Shown piece after piece: positions 1 to 9,048 of a stretch of DNA of 64,000 nt. Every line of letters starts with the position of its first letter. Within the stretch, counting starts at the first letter, position 1. The stretch is taken from the IMG/VR virus record IMGVR_UViG_3300033182_000487, positions 32,001-96,000 of that record. One strand, 5' to 3'. The notes beneath the pieces were generated by a model. That model was not told the origin of the DNA. It ran no database searches and saw only the letters and a program-made list of their open reading frames with translations. The position numbers were made by a program, and so were the translations under genes. Source of the stretch: a virus.

Positions 1-142
1 CGCCGTCGCTCCCCGCGTCGATGACCTCATAGCCCTCGCGGTACGCGCCGAGGGTCAGGTGCTGCAACCAGCGCCGACGGAGGTAGTGCTCGTCTCCGGT
101 CACCGCCATCACGGCGGGTGGCTTGTCCCACGAGAGTTTCAC
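1..142 (-). CDS. holA: DNA polymerase III delta (HolA)-like subunit, N-terminal part (runs off the window)
   Basis: Hand translation from GTG at 142, which overlaps the upstream TGA: MKLSWDKPPAVMAVTGDEHYLRRRWL. This resembles the HolA N-terminal P-x-hydrophobic-G-D-E-x-Y-L pattern, and a delta-prime-like gene lies upstream. Confidence 0.5.
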   Translation of the reverse strand, partial: MKLSWDKPPAVMAVTGDEHYLRRRWLQHLTLGAYREGYEVIDAGSDG

Positions 143-335
143 GGCTTCCTTCCCACGACGACAGGCTCCCACGACGGCTTGAGCGCGGTGCCCCACCCGT
201 CCCACTTCTTCCCCATAAACTCAAGGCCAATCAGCCGTAGGGAGGGTCGCAAACGACGCTCCCTACGCTGTCCTCCTTCATGTCTGCGAGAACTGCTACG
301 CAGTCCCCGTGTCGCAGGATCAACCGCTGAGTCAT
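139..335 (-). pseudogene. Remnant of an N6A/N4C DNA methyltransferase (frameshifted, internally deleted)
   Basis: MTQRLILRHGDCVAVL..DSVGSVVCDPPYG then stop. A second frame continues GLEFMGKKWD-GWGTALKPSWEPVVVGRKP. The SAM-binding part is missing. Confidence 0.75.
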
Positions 336-949
336 GCCATCGCCTCCAGCAGAGCCGAGGCCGCACACAGGTGCGACCCCCTCCCGTCCCGGAGAGGGCG
401 CACGAGTTCCCACACAGCGACCGTCTCCGGGCTGCCCAGATCAGGGTGCTCCTCCGCGATGACCTCGCAGAAGCCCTGGAGCAGAGCAGGCCAGTCGCGC
501 TGGCTGTTGTAGATGATGTCGAGACAGCCCGGCGCATCCTTCTTCGACCAGGCCGTGTAGAGAGCACGGGCCGCGTCGTCCATGAACGGAGACACCCATC
601 GGGCATCAGGCGGACACCAGCGTTCCAGAGTCCGGGACCGGATGGTGCCGATGACCCCGCCGTAGAAATCTGCCCACAGGATGATCCTGACCGGACCGTC
701 CGCGAGGTCTTCCAGGGTCTTCAACAGGGCATCCCCGGCTTCGGGGGTCGCCCGGTCCAACGGACCCACGACCAGCACCGGGGGCTTGTCTCCCACGCCA
801 GCGTTCCCGGCGAGCCGGACGATCTCACGGGAGTCATCGACCTTGAGGCCGTCGTCGCCAATCGGATCGGCCATCAACCGACCCGAGGCACGAGCGTGCT
901 TGACTGCTTCGCCTCTCGCACGAGGACCATGGAACAACACAGGGGTCAT
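332..949 (-). CDS. holB: DNA polymerase III delta-prime (HolB)-like clamp loader subunit
   Basis: LKVDDSREIV, DRATPEAGDALLKTLED and TIRSRT match clamp-loader motifs (A-NALLK-LEE and TI-SRC). Confidence 0.7.
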   Translation of the reverse strand: MTPVLFHGPRARGEAVKHARASGRLMADPIGDDGLKVDDSREIVRLAGNAGVGDKPPVLVVGPLDRATPEAGDALLKTLEDLADGPVRIILWADFYGGVIGTIRSRTLERWCPPDARWVSPFMDDAARALYTAWSKKDAPGCLDIIYNSQRDWPALLQGFCEVIAEEHPDLGSPETVAVWELVRPLRDGRGSHLCAASALLEAMA

Positions 950-959
950 GCACCAGCCC

Positions 960-1154
960 TCAGAAGCGCGTGAAGAACCGCTTGTTGCACTTCTTGCAGC
1001 GGTAGTGGATGACGGTGCCTCCTCCCTGATCAGGTGACATAGGGGTCACCATGAGGATCTCGGCCTGGTTTCCATCGCAGAGTTCGCTGGCCCGGCAGTT
1101 GACCCACTGGACATCACCGACCTTCTGCTTCACGCGGTTCGTGAACTTGCTCAC
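960..1154 (-). CDS. Small zinc-binding protein
   Basis: CxxxxxC and CKKC; GGAGG RBS; GGGGGGT-N17-GGGTA promoter upstream. Confidence 0.65.
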   Translation of the reverse strand: MSKFTNRVKQKVGDVQWVNCRASELCDGNQAEILMVTPMSPDQGGGTVIHYRCKKCNKRFFTRF

Positions 1155-1183
1155 AGGGGCATCCCTCCTTCATGTAGAAGGAG

Positions 1184-1212
1184 TACCCACTGGCAGGCTT
1201 CCCCGACCCCCC
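1184..1212 (-). promoter_or_regulatory. Middle-class promoter GGGGGGT-N17-GGGTA
   Basis: Exact consensus on the minus strand, upstream of the 960..1154/holB/holA operon. Confidence 0.75.
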
Positions 1213-1215
1213 GTT

Positions 1216-1719
1216 TCAGTAGCCCTGGGAGACAGCCTGAGCCCGGATGATCCCGGACACCGCAGTCAGGTACTCCTCGGTCTGCCACTGGTACAGCCCT
1301 CCGTTCCCAGCCGTGCTGTGGGAGGAGGTGCCGACAACGGTGCCAGTAGCGTACTCGACCTGTCCTCCGCTCTGAGGAACCAGTACGTTCGCGGGCAGGG
1401 TCAGGACATCCCCGGTGGAAGGATCAACCCCAGCCCACCAGTTGGTCCGCAGGTCATCCACAACCGGGACGACCACGTTCTGCCACTGAGTCCAATGGAC
1501 CCAGACAGGTAGCCTGTCCTTCAAGGTGGGCATGGTGTCAGGCAACGTCTCGACTCCCATGATCCCCACCTTCGGAGAGGGGTTGGATCTGTCCGTGCCA
1601 GGGAACACCGCCTTCGCGTATCCCTTGATCAGCAGGAGGATCGGAATGGGGAGGAGATCAGCCAACTCCGTGGCTGTCCTGATCGGGGCAATCCCGTTTC
1701 GATAGTCAGCCCGTGCCAT
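1216..1719 (-). CDS. Hypothetical protein, probably virion structural
   Basis: Good RBS, typical codon usage, late motif upstream. Confidence 0.65.
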   Translation of the reverse strand: MARADYRNGIAPIRTATELADLLPIPILLLIKGYAKAVFPGTDRSNPSPKVGIMGVETLPDTMPTLKDRLPVWVHWTQWQNVVVPVVDDLRTNWWAGVDPSTGDVLTLPANVLVPQSGGQVEYATGTVVGTSSHSTAGNGGLYQWQTEEYLTAVSGIIRAQAVSQGY

Positions 1720-1744
1720 GGTTCCTCCTACAGCGAGGAGTCCG

Positions 1745-1759
1745 ATAGACGGACTACGG
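1745..1759 (-). promoter_or_regulatory. Late-class promoter motif (CCGTAG-N5-CTAT)
   Basis: One mismatch to the CGGTAG-N5-CTAT consensus, just upstream of 1216..1719. Confidence 0.6.
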
Positions 1760-2241
1760 AGAGGATCACAGGATCACTCGTCGTGGGTGTCGTTGTACTA
1801 CTGCTTGTATGCGTATGGGGTGTCTGGTTCTGGTTGGTGGTTGTCGTGTCATTCATCGTGAGTGTCTTATTCAATCGGTCAACCTACGGTTTCCCTACTC
1901 CTAAGAGAAGGTATAGAGAGCCTTCTCTCGTCCCTCCCCTTGCTTGTCAGTGAGGAGGTTGAGGATGCCGAGGAGGAAGAACCTGACCCTTGCCACGGCT
2001 CGCTTGTGGTCTCCCTGTCTCCCTTCCCAGTTGGGAGAGCAGGTTGGTGAGAAGCACAAGGCCGAGGAGGCTGGTTCCGAAGACCCGCTCCTGTGGGGGA
2101 GGTAGGGTCAACCCTTCGTTAGTTCCGTCGTGGGAAAGAGCATGTGGCTGGGGCTGTTCCTTGACCCTCGGATTTCTCCGATCTGGCACCTACGAACCTC
2201 AAGCGAGCACACGATCTGACGAACCGGCCCATCCTGTCTTC

Positions 2242-2258
2242 GTAAGTCTCAGACTTAC
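2242..2258. promoter_or_regulatory. Perfect 8-1-8 palindrome, candidate operator
   Basis: GTAAGTCT-C-AGACTTAC covers the -35 position of a GGGTA element at 2265-2269. Confidence 0.4.
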
Positions 2259-2285
2259 CGCCACGGGTAGTATCTACTCGACGAG

Positions 2286-2310
2286 GGGGGTTGGAGCAAC
2301 CCCCTTCTTT
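2286..2310 (+). terminator. Hairpin plus T-rich tract (terminator or attenuator-like)
   Basis: GGGGGTTG-GAG-CAACCCCC followed by TTCTTT, directly before the RBS of 2322. Confidence 0.4.
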
Positions 2311-2321
2311 GAGGAGCCGAT

Positions 2322-2636
2322 GTGTACCACGTTTGGATTGTGACCAGCCGCGATCTCCAGCCGATCCGATTGAGCGAATCCTTCACCGATGAACACGAGG
2401 CCCTTGCATCCTGCTCCCGCATCCTCACCGGCCTCGGCGCGCTGTTCCTGGCTGCCCGGAACGCCGAAAGAAATGGTGGCCTGAGCCTGTTGGTCTACGA
2501 CCCCACCGGGGCGCTTCCTGTGGCTGCTCTGGTGGACGGGGCTGTGCTTGCGGAGGAGGGTCGTCCCCTCTCGCCTCACGAGACGACGGAGACGGTGGTG
2601 CCCCTGCTGTCTGGACCTGGGGCCGAGGTCAACTGA
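2322..2636 (+). CDS. Hypothetical protein
   Basis: GAGGAG RBS; converges with 2638..3984. Confidence 0.55.
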   Translation: MYHVWIVTSRDLQPIRLSESFTDEHEALASCSRILTGLGALFLAARNAERNGGLSLLVYDPTGALPVAALVDGAVLAEEGRPLSPHETTETVVPLLSGPGAEVN

Positions 2637-2637
2637 C

Positions 2638-3984
2638 CTACTCCTCGTCGAGGGCGTAGGTGTCACCCCAGCCAGCCTTCACGAGGCTGTGGCTCTCCAG
2701 GTAGGCCAGCAGTCGGTTCCAGCGGGGCTCGTCCACCACGGTGCCGCTCTCGTCCCGGAGGTGGTCCTTGATCTCCCCCTTGGTGGACCAGGGCTCTGCC
2801 CGGAGCAGGGCGAGGGTGGCCTCGACGTCGTCACGGGTCGTTGCTCCCTCACGGAGGGCAGCGCGGATCTTGCTCTTGAGGGTGGTCGCCCGACCCTCGG
2901 AGCACTCGACCCCTTGGATGCGGGTGTCGAGGACGCGGATCTCCTCGGTCTCGGCACCCTCCATGAGGGCGTCGTACACCGCCGTGTACCGCTCGACGGC
3001 ACCCCGGTACGCCGCCTTGATGATCTCCCGACCCTCGGCGACCATGTGGTCCCACTCCTGAGCATCGCCCAGAGCGTCCTCGGGGGTGGGGGCGTCGTCC
3101 ACGATGACGTGGCTCCACTCCTGCTCGTCATCCCCACGCTGCCAGACGACGCGGGGGTCGCCTGCCACGAGGCTCTCGGGGGCGACGTAGTCGTCGGAGC
3201 CCAACTCCACCCGCTTGTTGATCTCGTGCTGGGTGCGGGCACCGCGCTGGCGGGCCAGTGCGTCCTGTGCGGTCTTGTAGGTCGTGGAGGTGCGCTTGCG
3301 CTCGACGGCGCGGACCAGCCACGAAAAGGGCACCGTGCCCTTTTCCTCAAGGATGGTATCGAACGTGCCCTTGTTGCCCCAGACGGCGAGCCACTCGCCC
3401 ACGTCGGAGCAGATGTCGTCGAAGTCTGTGGCCTTGTCGCGCTTCGCGAGCACGGCGGCGATGCGCTTGATCAGACCGCTCTCGTTGCACTGGCGGTCGA
3501 GCCAGATGCGGGACGCGGTGAGGGGTGCAGGAGCGGGAGCAGGGGCAGGAGCCTCCTCGACCTCCACGGTCTCCTCGACGGGAGCCTCGGGGGCCTCCTC
3601 GACCTCGACAGGGGCCTCCTCCACGACAGGCGCAGGAGCGGGAGCCGCCTCGACGGAGGCAGGGGGGACGTAGTCGGTGGGCAGGGCAGTGGCGACCACA
3701 TCCCGGTCACCCTCGCGGAGGGTGAGCATCAGGGCCTCGGGCTGACCCCGGAGGGCAGCGAGGAGGTCGGTGGCGAAGCGGGTCTGAGCACCCGCCCCCC
3801 TGTAGCCATTTTGGAGCACGAGGTCGCGGCGCACGATGCTGCGCTTGCGGCCCTGCTCCTCGGCAGTAGCGGTGATCCAGAGCGACACCTGGGACTCGAC
3901 CGAGGTGACATCCTCGGGAGTGTCGGTGAACGACGCGATCAGGTTGACGAGCAGGGAGAGACGACGAGGGGTCTTGGTAGGCAT
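2638..3984 (-). CDS. Divergent ECF-like sigma factor with N-terminal extension and C-terminal winged helix
   Basis: Region-2-like DFDDICSDV..FSWLVRAVERKR, TPEDAL linker, region-4-like RYTAVYDALMEG..EEI..CSEGRATTLKSKIRAALRE; sigma70-type promoter upstream. Confidence 0.6.
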   Translation of the reverse strand: MPTKTPRRLSLLVNLIASFTDTPEDVTSVESQVSLWITATAEEQGRKRSIVRRDLVLQNGYRGAGAQTRFATDLLAALRGQPEALMLTLREGDRDVVATALPTDYVPPASVEAAPAPAPVVEEAPVEVEEAPEAPVEETVEVEEAPAPAPAPAPLTASRIWLDRQCNESGLIKRIAAVLAKRDKATDFDDICSDVGEWLAVWGNKGTFDTILEEKGTVPFSWLVRAVERKRTSTTYKTAQDALARQRGARTQHEINKRVELGSDDYVAPESLVAGDPRVVWQRGDDEQEWSHVIVDDAPTPEDALGDAQEWDHMVAEGREIIKAAYRGAVERYTAVYDALMEGAETEEIRVLDTRIQGVECSEGRATTLKSKIRAALREGATTRDDVEATLALLRAEPWSTKGEIKDHLRDESGTVVDEPRWNRLLAYLESHSLVKAGWGDTYALDEE

Positions 3985-4089
3985 AGCGATCCTGGGTTTG
4001 CCAGCAGGGCTGGACAGCGATGGGTGAGGTTGTCAGTCAGGACAGGGCGACAGTGCAGCAAGGTGCGGGTCTTTGGTCGTGACCCCATG

Positions 4090-4118
4090 GTTGTACCATG
4101 GGAGGGCTACCGGGTCAA
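4090..4118 (-). promoter_or_regulatory. Host sigma70-type promoter TTGACC-N17-TACAAC with extended -10 TG
   Basis: Minus strand reads TTGACC cggtagccctcccatgg TACAAC. It is overlapped by the palindrome CCCATGGT-TGT-ACCATGGG (4084-4102). Confidence 0.65.
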
Positions 4119-4179
4119 CTCGATTTCTCCACAAAGTGTCCACATTCCCCCACCAACCCGGCTGTGGTACACGGTGCCT

Positions 4180-4229
4180 CGGTAGGCTCTCTATGCGCCG
4201 CTCAGGGTGAGGCTCGGTACTCTCTCTAT
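4180..4229 (+). promoter_or_regulatory. Two tandem late-class promoter motifs
   Basis: CGGTAG-gctct-CTAT (4180-4194) and CGGTAC-tctct-CTAT (4215-4229). Confidence 0.7.
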
Positions 4230-4261
4230 GGGCACCGTCCAGCAAGACCTTCGGAGACACC

Positions 4262-6898
4262 ATGATCCCCTCAGACATCCAGCCCCTGATCCGCCTGGCC
4301 GCGACCCTCCCCGTAGGATCACTCGACCGCCGCACCATCCTCGCCTCCTTGAAGAAGCAGGCCGCGTTCGCGGACGACCTCGTTGCACGGGTGGACGTGA
4401 TGTCGGGGTCCATGGGCGGCAAGGACGCGGACCGTGGCCCTCTGTTGAAGGCCGTCCAGGCCGGGCTCCCGGAGAGCGTGTTCAACCTGGAGGAGTTCAC
4501 GGCTGAGGCGTTCCCTCGCTACGGGGTGACCTCCCTCGACGAACTCAGGAAGGCCGAAGACCTCACCGACGAGGACCGCGCCGAACTCAAGTCTCTGGAA
4601 GACCGGATCAAGCCTTTCAGCGCCATGGTCGCGAAGGTGGAGAAGTGGAGCGGGACGAAACTGGGGCAAGACCTCGCCGAGGGTCTCAGCCTGGTCTCCG
4701 GCAAGACCGACCACAAGTTGCGCGAGGCCGTCTGGGCCGGGGTCGCGAAGGGGATGCACGGCGACGTCGAGAAGTTGGAGTCTGGACGGCGCGTCGTCAC
4801 TGACACTGGTCGGGGGTCACTGACCACTCCTGGAGCCCTGGGCACCGAGCCGGAAGACCTCGTGCAGGTGATGCTGGCGGGCGGCATCGAACTGCCGGGC
4901 ATGATCTTCGACAAGAACATGTCGGACAAGACCTACTACGAGGGCGTCCGTGTCCGAGGCACGTTCAAGCCCCGGAAGGAACTGTTCAAGCCGGGCACCA
5001 GCGTCTACACGCTGGCTGGCGCGAAGATCAAGCCGACGAAGATCTCGGAACTGAGGTCGGTCCGAGGCTACGCGAAGTCCGTGGCTTCGACCACGGCCAT
5101 CGACTGGAAGCGGTCGGTCCACATCGGCACCGAGTACATCCTGGCCGAGGGTGATGCCAGTGCTCCTGATCCTGAGCACGCCATGAACATGGGCGGCAAG
5201 GTGAGCCTGGAGTCCCTGCTGGGAGCGGACCTCATTGACGGGGTCACGGTCAGCAAGCAGATGACTCTGGCCCGGTACTACATCAAGAAGATCCGCCAGG
5301 TCATGAAGCGCGCCCTTCCCAAGGGTGTGCAGGCTGCGGTCTGGGAGGCTGTCGCCGAGATGATCACGAAGGGGATCAACCCCTGGAAGGGTCAGGGTCG
5401 CGGTGGCGAGTTCGCCGTTGACTACAACGCCATCGAGAAGTTCCTCGACACCCGTGACGGGCAGAAGATCCTCGACGAGAACGAGATCACCGCCGACTCG
5501 ATCAACAAGAACAACGTCCAGAAGAACTGGGTCCGGGTCCGCGAGAAGATGCTCAAGGCCCTCTCGCAGTTGAGCGACGATGATCTCCTGGCTTCCATCC
5601 ACCTGTCCCTCGCGGCAGGCGGGATGGTGGACGACGTGCCCGAGTACATCAAGAAGATCAAGCGCGACAAGGATCTCTACCAGACCTACATCAGCGACAT
5701 GCGGAAGTACGGCTCGACCCGCGTTGCGGAGCAGGTCGTCAAGCGTGCCGCCGAGCGCCGCGCCATGATCCGGCTCGCAGCGACCCTTCCCGTGGGATCA
5801 CCGGAGCGTCGGGCCATCCTCGCTGGCTGCGAGAAGATGAAGTCCCCGGCCATGCAGGAGTCCTGCGAGGCCATGAAGGCTGGCAAGAAGCCCGGCAAGG
5901 GCAAGGCGAAGTCCGACGACAAGAAGAAGGACGACGGCAAGATGCCCGCCGAGTTGCTGGAGAAGTTCAAGGCGAAGAAGGCCGCTTCCGGCCCTCACCC
6001 CAAGGGTCGCAACTGGAAGGACAAGGGTGGTCGCTGGGTGTGGGCAGGCTCCGATGGTGATCCTGCATTCACCGTGGTCGAGAAGTCCGCTCCGTTCGGC
6101 TCCTACTACAAACTCCAGATGCTTCTCCCCGATGGGGGCATGTACGCCGCTGCGAACCAGAAGACCGAGAAGGAAGACCTGTTCAAGCGTGCTGCGGAAC
6201 TCTACAAGGCGTGGGGCAGCGCAGCCGGGTTCAACCTGAGCCGCCAGCCCGAGCGGTGGAGCAAGATGGCTGGCAAGGGCGACGTGCCCGACGCTCTCAA
6301 GAAGCACCAGTTCACCTCCGAGGACAACCCCAACCCAAAGGGCAACGACAAGGACGGCGACGGCAAGTCCAACGAGCCGAAGCCCGCTGGCCTCAAGGGC
6401 AAGAAGGCTGGTCGCGCTTCCGGTCAGATCATGGCCGAGATCACCAGGTTCGCCGATGCGTTCCTCCCCTCCCTCACCAGGAGGGTTCCTGTGGAGTCTC
6501 TGGGTGATCCCAAGACCTTGAAGCAGATCCAGAACTCGTTGGTGTACGCGATGTCCGATCTGGCGAAGGACGTGGTGATGGAGGAGCGTTTCGGACCCAA
6601 GGGTGGTGGGCAGTACAAGCGGCAGTTCGGCAGCGTCCTGTCCAACCCTCCCCCCTTCTCGTCGCAGACCGCTCACTGGTTTGAGGAGAACCGTGACGCG
6701 CCCAAGTACACCGCTGCATGGAAGGCGATGTCCGGTTGGGCTGCACGGGAAGGCATCTCTCTCGATGCTGGTGCCCGCATCCGTGCCGCAAACAGCAAGA
6801 AGGCCGCGCTGATTCGCCTTGCCGCCGCTCTCCCGGTCGGCTCCTCCGAGCGCAAGACCATCCTCCGCATGGCCGCCTTGAAGGAGATCCGTCCGTGA
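4262..6898 (+). CDS. Modular putative head-cargo polyprotein with three LIRLAxxLPVGS tags and a sigma-like domain
   Basis: Three tag copies; EPEDLVQ..AKSVASTTAIDWKR and NNVQKNWVRVREKMLKAL resemble ECF sigma regions 2 and 4. Confidence 0.7.
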   Translation: MIPSDIQPLIRLAATLPVGSLDRRTILASLKKQAAFADDLVARVDVMSGSMGGKDADRGPLLKAVQAGLPESVFNLEEFTAEAFPRYGVTSLDELRKAEDLTDEDRAELKSLEDRIKPFSAMVAKVEKWSGTKLGQDLAEGLSLVSGKTDHKLREAVWAGVAKGMHGDVEKLESGRRVVTDTGRGSLTTPGALGTEPEDLVQVMLAGGIELPGMIFDKNMSDKTYYEGVRVRGTFKPRKELFKPGTSVYTLAGAKIKPTKISELRSVRGYAKSVASTTAIDWKRSVHIGTEYILAEGDASAPDPEHAMNMGGKVSLESLLGADLIDGVTVSKQMTLARYYIKKIRQVMKRALPKGVQAAVWEAVAEMITKGINPWKGQGRGGEFAVDYNAIEKFLDTRDGQKILDENEITADSINKNNVQKNWVRVREKMLKALSQLSDDDLLASIHLSLAAGGMVDDVPEYIKKIKRDKDLYQTYISDMRKYGSTRVAEQVVKRAAERRAMIRLAATLPVGSPERRAILAGCEKMKSPAMQESCEAMKAGKKPGKGKAKSDDKKKDDGKMPAELLEKFKAKKAASGPHPKGRNWKDKGGRWVWAGSDGDPAFTVVEKSAPFGSYYKLQMLLPDGGMYAAANQKTEKEDLFKRAAELYKAWGSAAGFNLSRQPERWSKMAGKGDVPDALKKHQFTSEDNPNPKGNDKDGDGKSNEPKPAGLKGKKAGRASGQIMAEITRFADAFLPSLTRRVPVESLGDPKTLKQIQNSLVYAMSDLAKDVVMEERFGPKGGGQYKRQFGSVLSNPPPFSSQTAHWFEENRDAPKYTAAWKAMSGWAAREGISLDAGARIRAANSKKAALIRLAAALPVGSSERKTILRMAALKEIRP

Positions 6899-7563
6899 AC
6901 AAGCAAGCACTCCGAGAGGCGTTGATCGCCGAGGGCATGGTGCGTGAAGGCTCCCGCTGGGATGCCTACCCACCCATCAGGGTTCCGCGAAACTGGCGTC
7001 CACCCCACAGCGAAGGCTGCGACGACGACCACAAGGAGTGGGTGCTCCGGGAGTTCCCCAAAGCCGTCGAGACCTTCGCGAAGCGGATGATCATCCCAGC
7101 CCTCAAGCAGCGTGGTTGGCGCGTAACAGATTCGTGGGTCGAGGACGTCGCTGAGGTAGACGAGGACGGCGTTGAACTGATAGTGGAGGTCGAGGGGAAG
7201 GCTGGGCAGACACGCGGCCTCGGTGGACGGAAGTACATCGTCCTTGACCGAAATGTCGAAGACCAACTCACCCTTTACGTCTACCCGGTCATGGAGAACG
7301 TCGAGTTCCACGGCCAGCAGCAGTTCGACGTAGACGAGTTCGCTGAGTGGACCTGGGATGCTGAGTGTCCCGTGGACGAGATCAGAGCCATCCAGGAGGA
7401 GAACGGCTCCCGCGAGCACCCTCCGACACCAAAGGGCGTCCAGACGATCCTGTCCGACTGGGACCGTCTGTGGATCCGCGACAGCAAGGTCCGCTCCAAA
7501 ATCCAGAAGAAGGCCGACCTCCGGGCCATCCTCGCCGAGGAAGGCTTGCTCAAGCAGGGCTGA
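6895..7563 (+). CDS. Hypothetical protein with LRxxLxxEG tags at both termini
   Basis: GTG start overlaps the upstream TGA; LREALIAEGM at the N-terminus and LRAILAEEGLL at the C-terminus. Confidence 0.65.
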   Translation: MNKQALREALIAEGMVREGSRWDAYPPIRVPRNWRPPHSEGCDDDHKEWVLREFPKAVETFAKRMIIPALKQRGWRVTDSWVEDVAEVDEDGVELIVEVEGKAGQTRGLGGRKYIVLDRNVEDQLTLYVYPVMENVEFHGQQQFDVDEFAEWTWDAECPVDEIRAIQEENGSREHPPTPKGVQTILSDWDRLWIRDSKVRSKIQKKADLRAILAEEGLLKQG

Positions 7564-7644
7564 CAGGAAGTACGACTTCCCTCGTGCTCCAGAGCCGGAG
7601 TAGGCTCACGCGGGTACAGTCCCCAGACGAACCTCGGGACTGCT

Positions 7645-8025
7645 ATGCCGACCTACGAATACAAGTGCGAGAAATGCGACCACCGCTTTGAGCGGCTGCT
7701 TCGCATCTCGCAGTACAAGGAACCCCAGGCTTGCCCTGAGTGCGGGCACAGCCCTGCCAAGAAGCAGGTCTCGATGGGGTCAGGCTTCATCCTGCGTGGC
7801 GACGGCTGGGCCGGGAAGAACAACCGGATCAAGGGCCAGATGCGCCGCAAGAACCAGCGACTCAAGGGCAAGGAGGACGAGTGGAAGCGAGACTCCGGCC
7901 CCACGCTGGCCCCCAACGTCGGCGGTGAGCGCACGGAGTCCTGGGCCGACGCCAGCAAACTGGCCGCCTCTCAGGGCAAGGACACGAGCGGCTACGACAA
8001 GTTGGCCCGCAAGGAGAAGAAGTGA
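7645..8025 (+). CDS. FmdB-family zinc-ribbon protein
   Basis: MPTYEYKCEKC..CPECG..F-L-G-GW pattern. Confidence 0.85.
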   Translation: MPTYEYKCEKCDHRFERLLRISQYKEPQACPECGHSPAKKQVSMGSGFILRGDGWAGKNNRIKGQMRRKNQRLKGKEDEWKRDSGPTLAPNVGGERTESWADASKLAASQGKDTSGYDKLARKEKK

Positions 8026-8255
8026 CGCGGGGTGAAGACCCCCCACACCAACCTCCCGCCCCGAGCGGGATCAAGGACTCGTTCAACAAGTCCTTCCAGG
8101 TGGCCTTCGTCACCACGACCTTCATCATCATCGCCTTCGCAGCCCTCGGGGTCAGGATCGCCCGGCGCTTGAAGCGGGACCGCGAGCGGAACAAGAACAT
8201 CATCGACGCTGAGTGGACCCCGGCGGACGACCCGGATGACCTGATGCTTCGGTAG
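8022..8255 (+). CDS. Small single-pass membrane protein
   Basis: Hydrophobic VAFVTTTFIIIAFAALGV followed by a basic stretch. Confidence 0.55.
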   Translation: MTRGEDPPHQPPAPSGIKDSFNKSFQVAFVTTTFIIIAFAALGVRIARRLKRDRERNKNIIDAEWTPADDPDDLMLR

Positions 8256-8264
8256 GCTGCCTAT
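8250..8264 (+). promoter_or_regulatory. Late-class promoter motif
   Basis: CGGTAG-gctgc-CTAT; a variant CGATAG-tcatt-CAAT lies at 8986-9000. Confidence 0.7.
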
Positions 8265-8289
8265 GGCCCCTGTCTGACAGGAGATCACC

Positions 8290-8991
8290 ATGGCGACCCC
8301 TTTCCTCGTTGACCGTTACCCCGGCGTCATCTCGATGGCCGTGAAGAACCGGCCCAGCGTGGCCGAGTACCGATTCGGTGCGGCCAACACCCTCGACAGT
8401 GCGTTCGCTGGGGTCACACCGCTGGAGGACGTCCGCAAGGGCACCTCGTTCCGGTCACCGACTCTGGTGGCCTCGTCGCTCAACCGCTGTGCTGACTCTC
8501 GCACGGGGCAGACCCGCTTCTCGGTGAACATGGACGACTACGCCTCGGCTGCTGTGCCGAGCGATGCCGCGATGGCCTTCTTCCGGGTCCAGGAGATCGA
8601 CCACGCCGGGAACATTCGCCCTGCTGGGCCGATCATGGTCGTCCCTCCCCCCTACCTCAACACGTCGCCGTACCGCACTCTGTCCTTGACGGGCACCGCC
8701 CCGGACCTGACTGCGACGGCGACGGGGCTGCCCCCGGCAGGAGCGATGGTGATCTCGCTCCCCGTGCATGTGGATGATCTCACCATCTACAACGACGATT
8801 CAGCCAACCAGAACAGCCTGTTCATCGGCCTGGGACCAGGACAGCAAGAAATCGAAGTCCCCTACAACACGAGCAACGTGAGCGGCCCGGACATGACCCT
8901 GCCGTTCGGCGGCTCCGTCATCTACATCCGAAGTGCCAGCGACGTAGTACCTTTTCGCCTGACCATGACCCTTGTGGCGGGTCTTCGATAG
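8290..8991 (+). CDS. Hypothetical virion structural protein
   Basis: Late motif, AGGAG RBS, beta-rich composition. Confidence 0.6.
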   Translation: MATPFLVDRYPGVISMAVKNRPSVAEYRFGAANTLDSAFAGVTPLEDVRKGTSFRSPTLVASSLNRCADSRTGQTRFSVNMDDYASAAVPSDAAMAFFRVQEIDHAGNIRPAGPIMVVPPPYLNTSPYRTLSLTGTAPDLTATATGLPPAGAMVISLPVHVDDLTIYNDDSANQNSLFIGLGPGQQEIEVPYNTSNVSGPDMTLPFGGSVIYIRSASDVVPFRLTMTLVAGLR

Positions 8992-9048
8992 TCATTCAAT
9001 ACTCGCCCCAAAGGGTGAGGACCACAACCTTTCCACTGGAGAATCCCC

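Noticed and set aside
3500-3670. Tandem DNA repeats
   Set aside because: They only encode a Pro/Ala/Glu low-complexity linker (APVEE, APAPAP) in the sigma-like protein.
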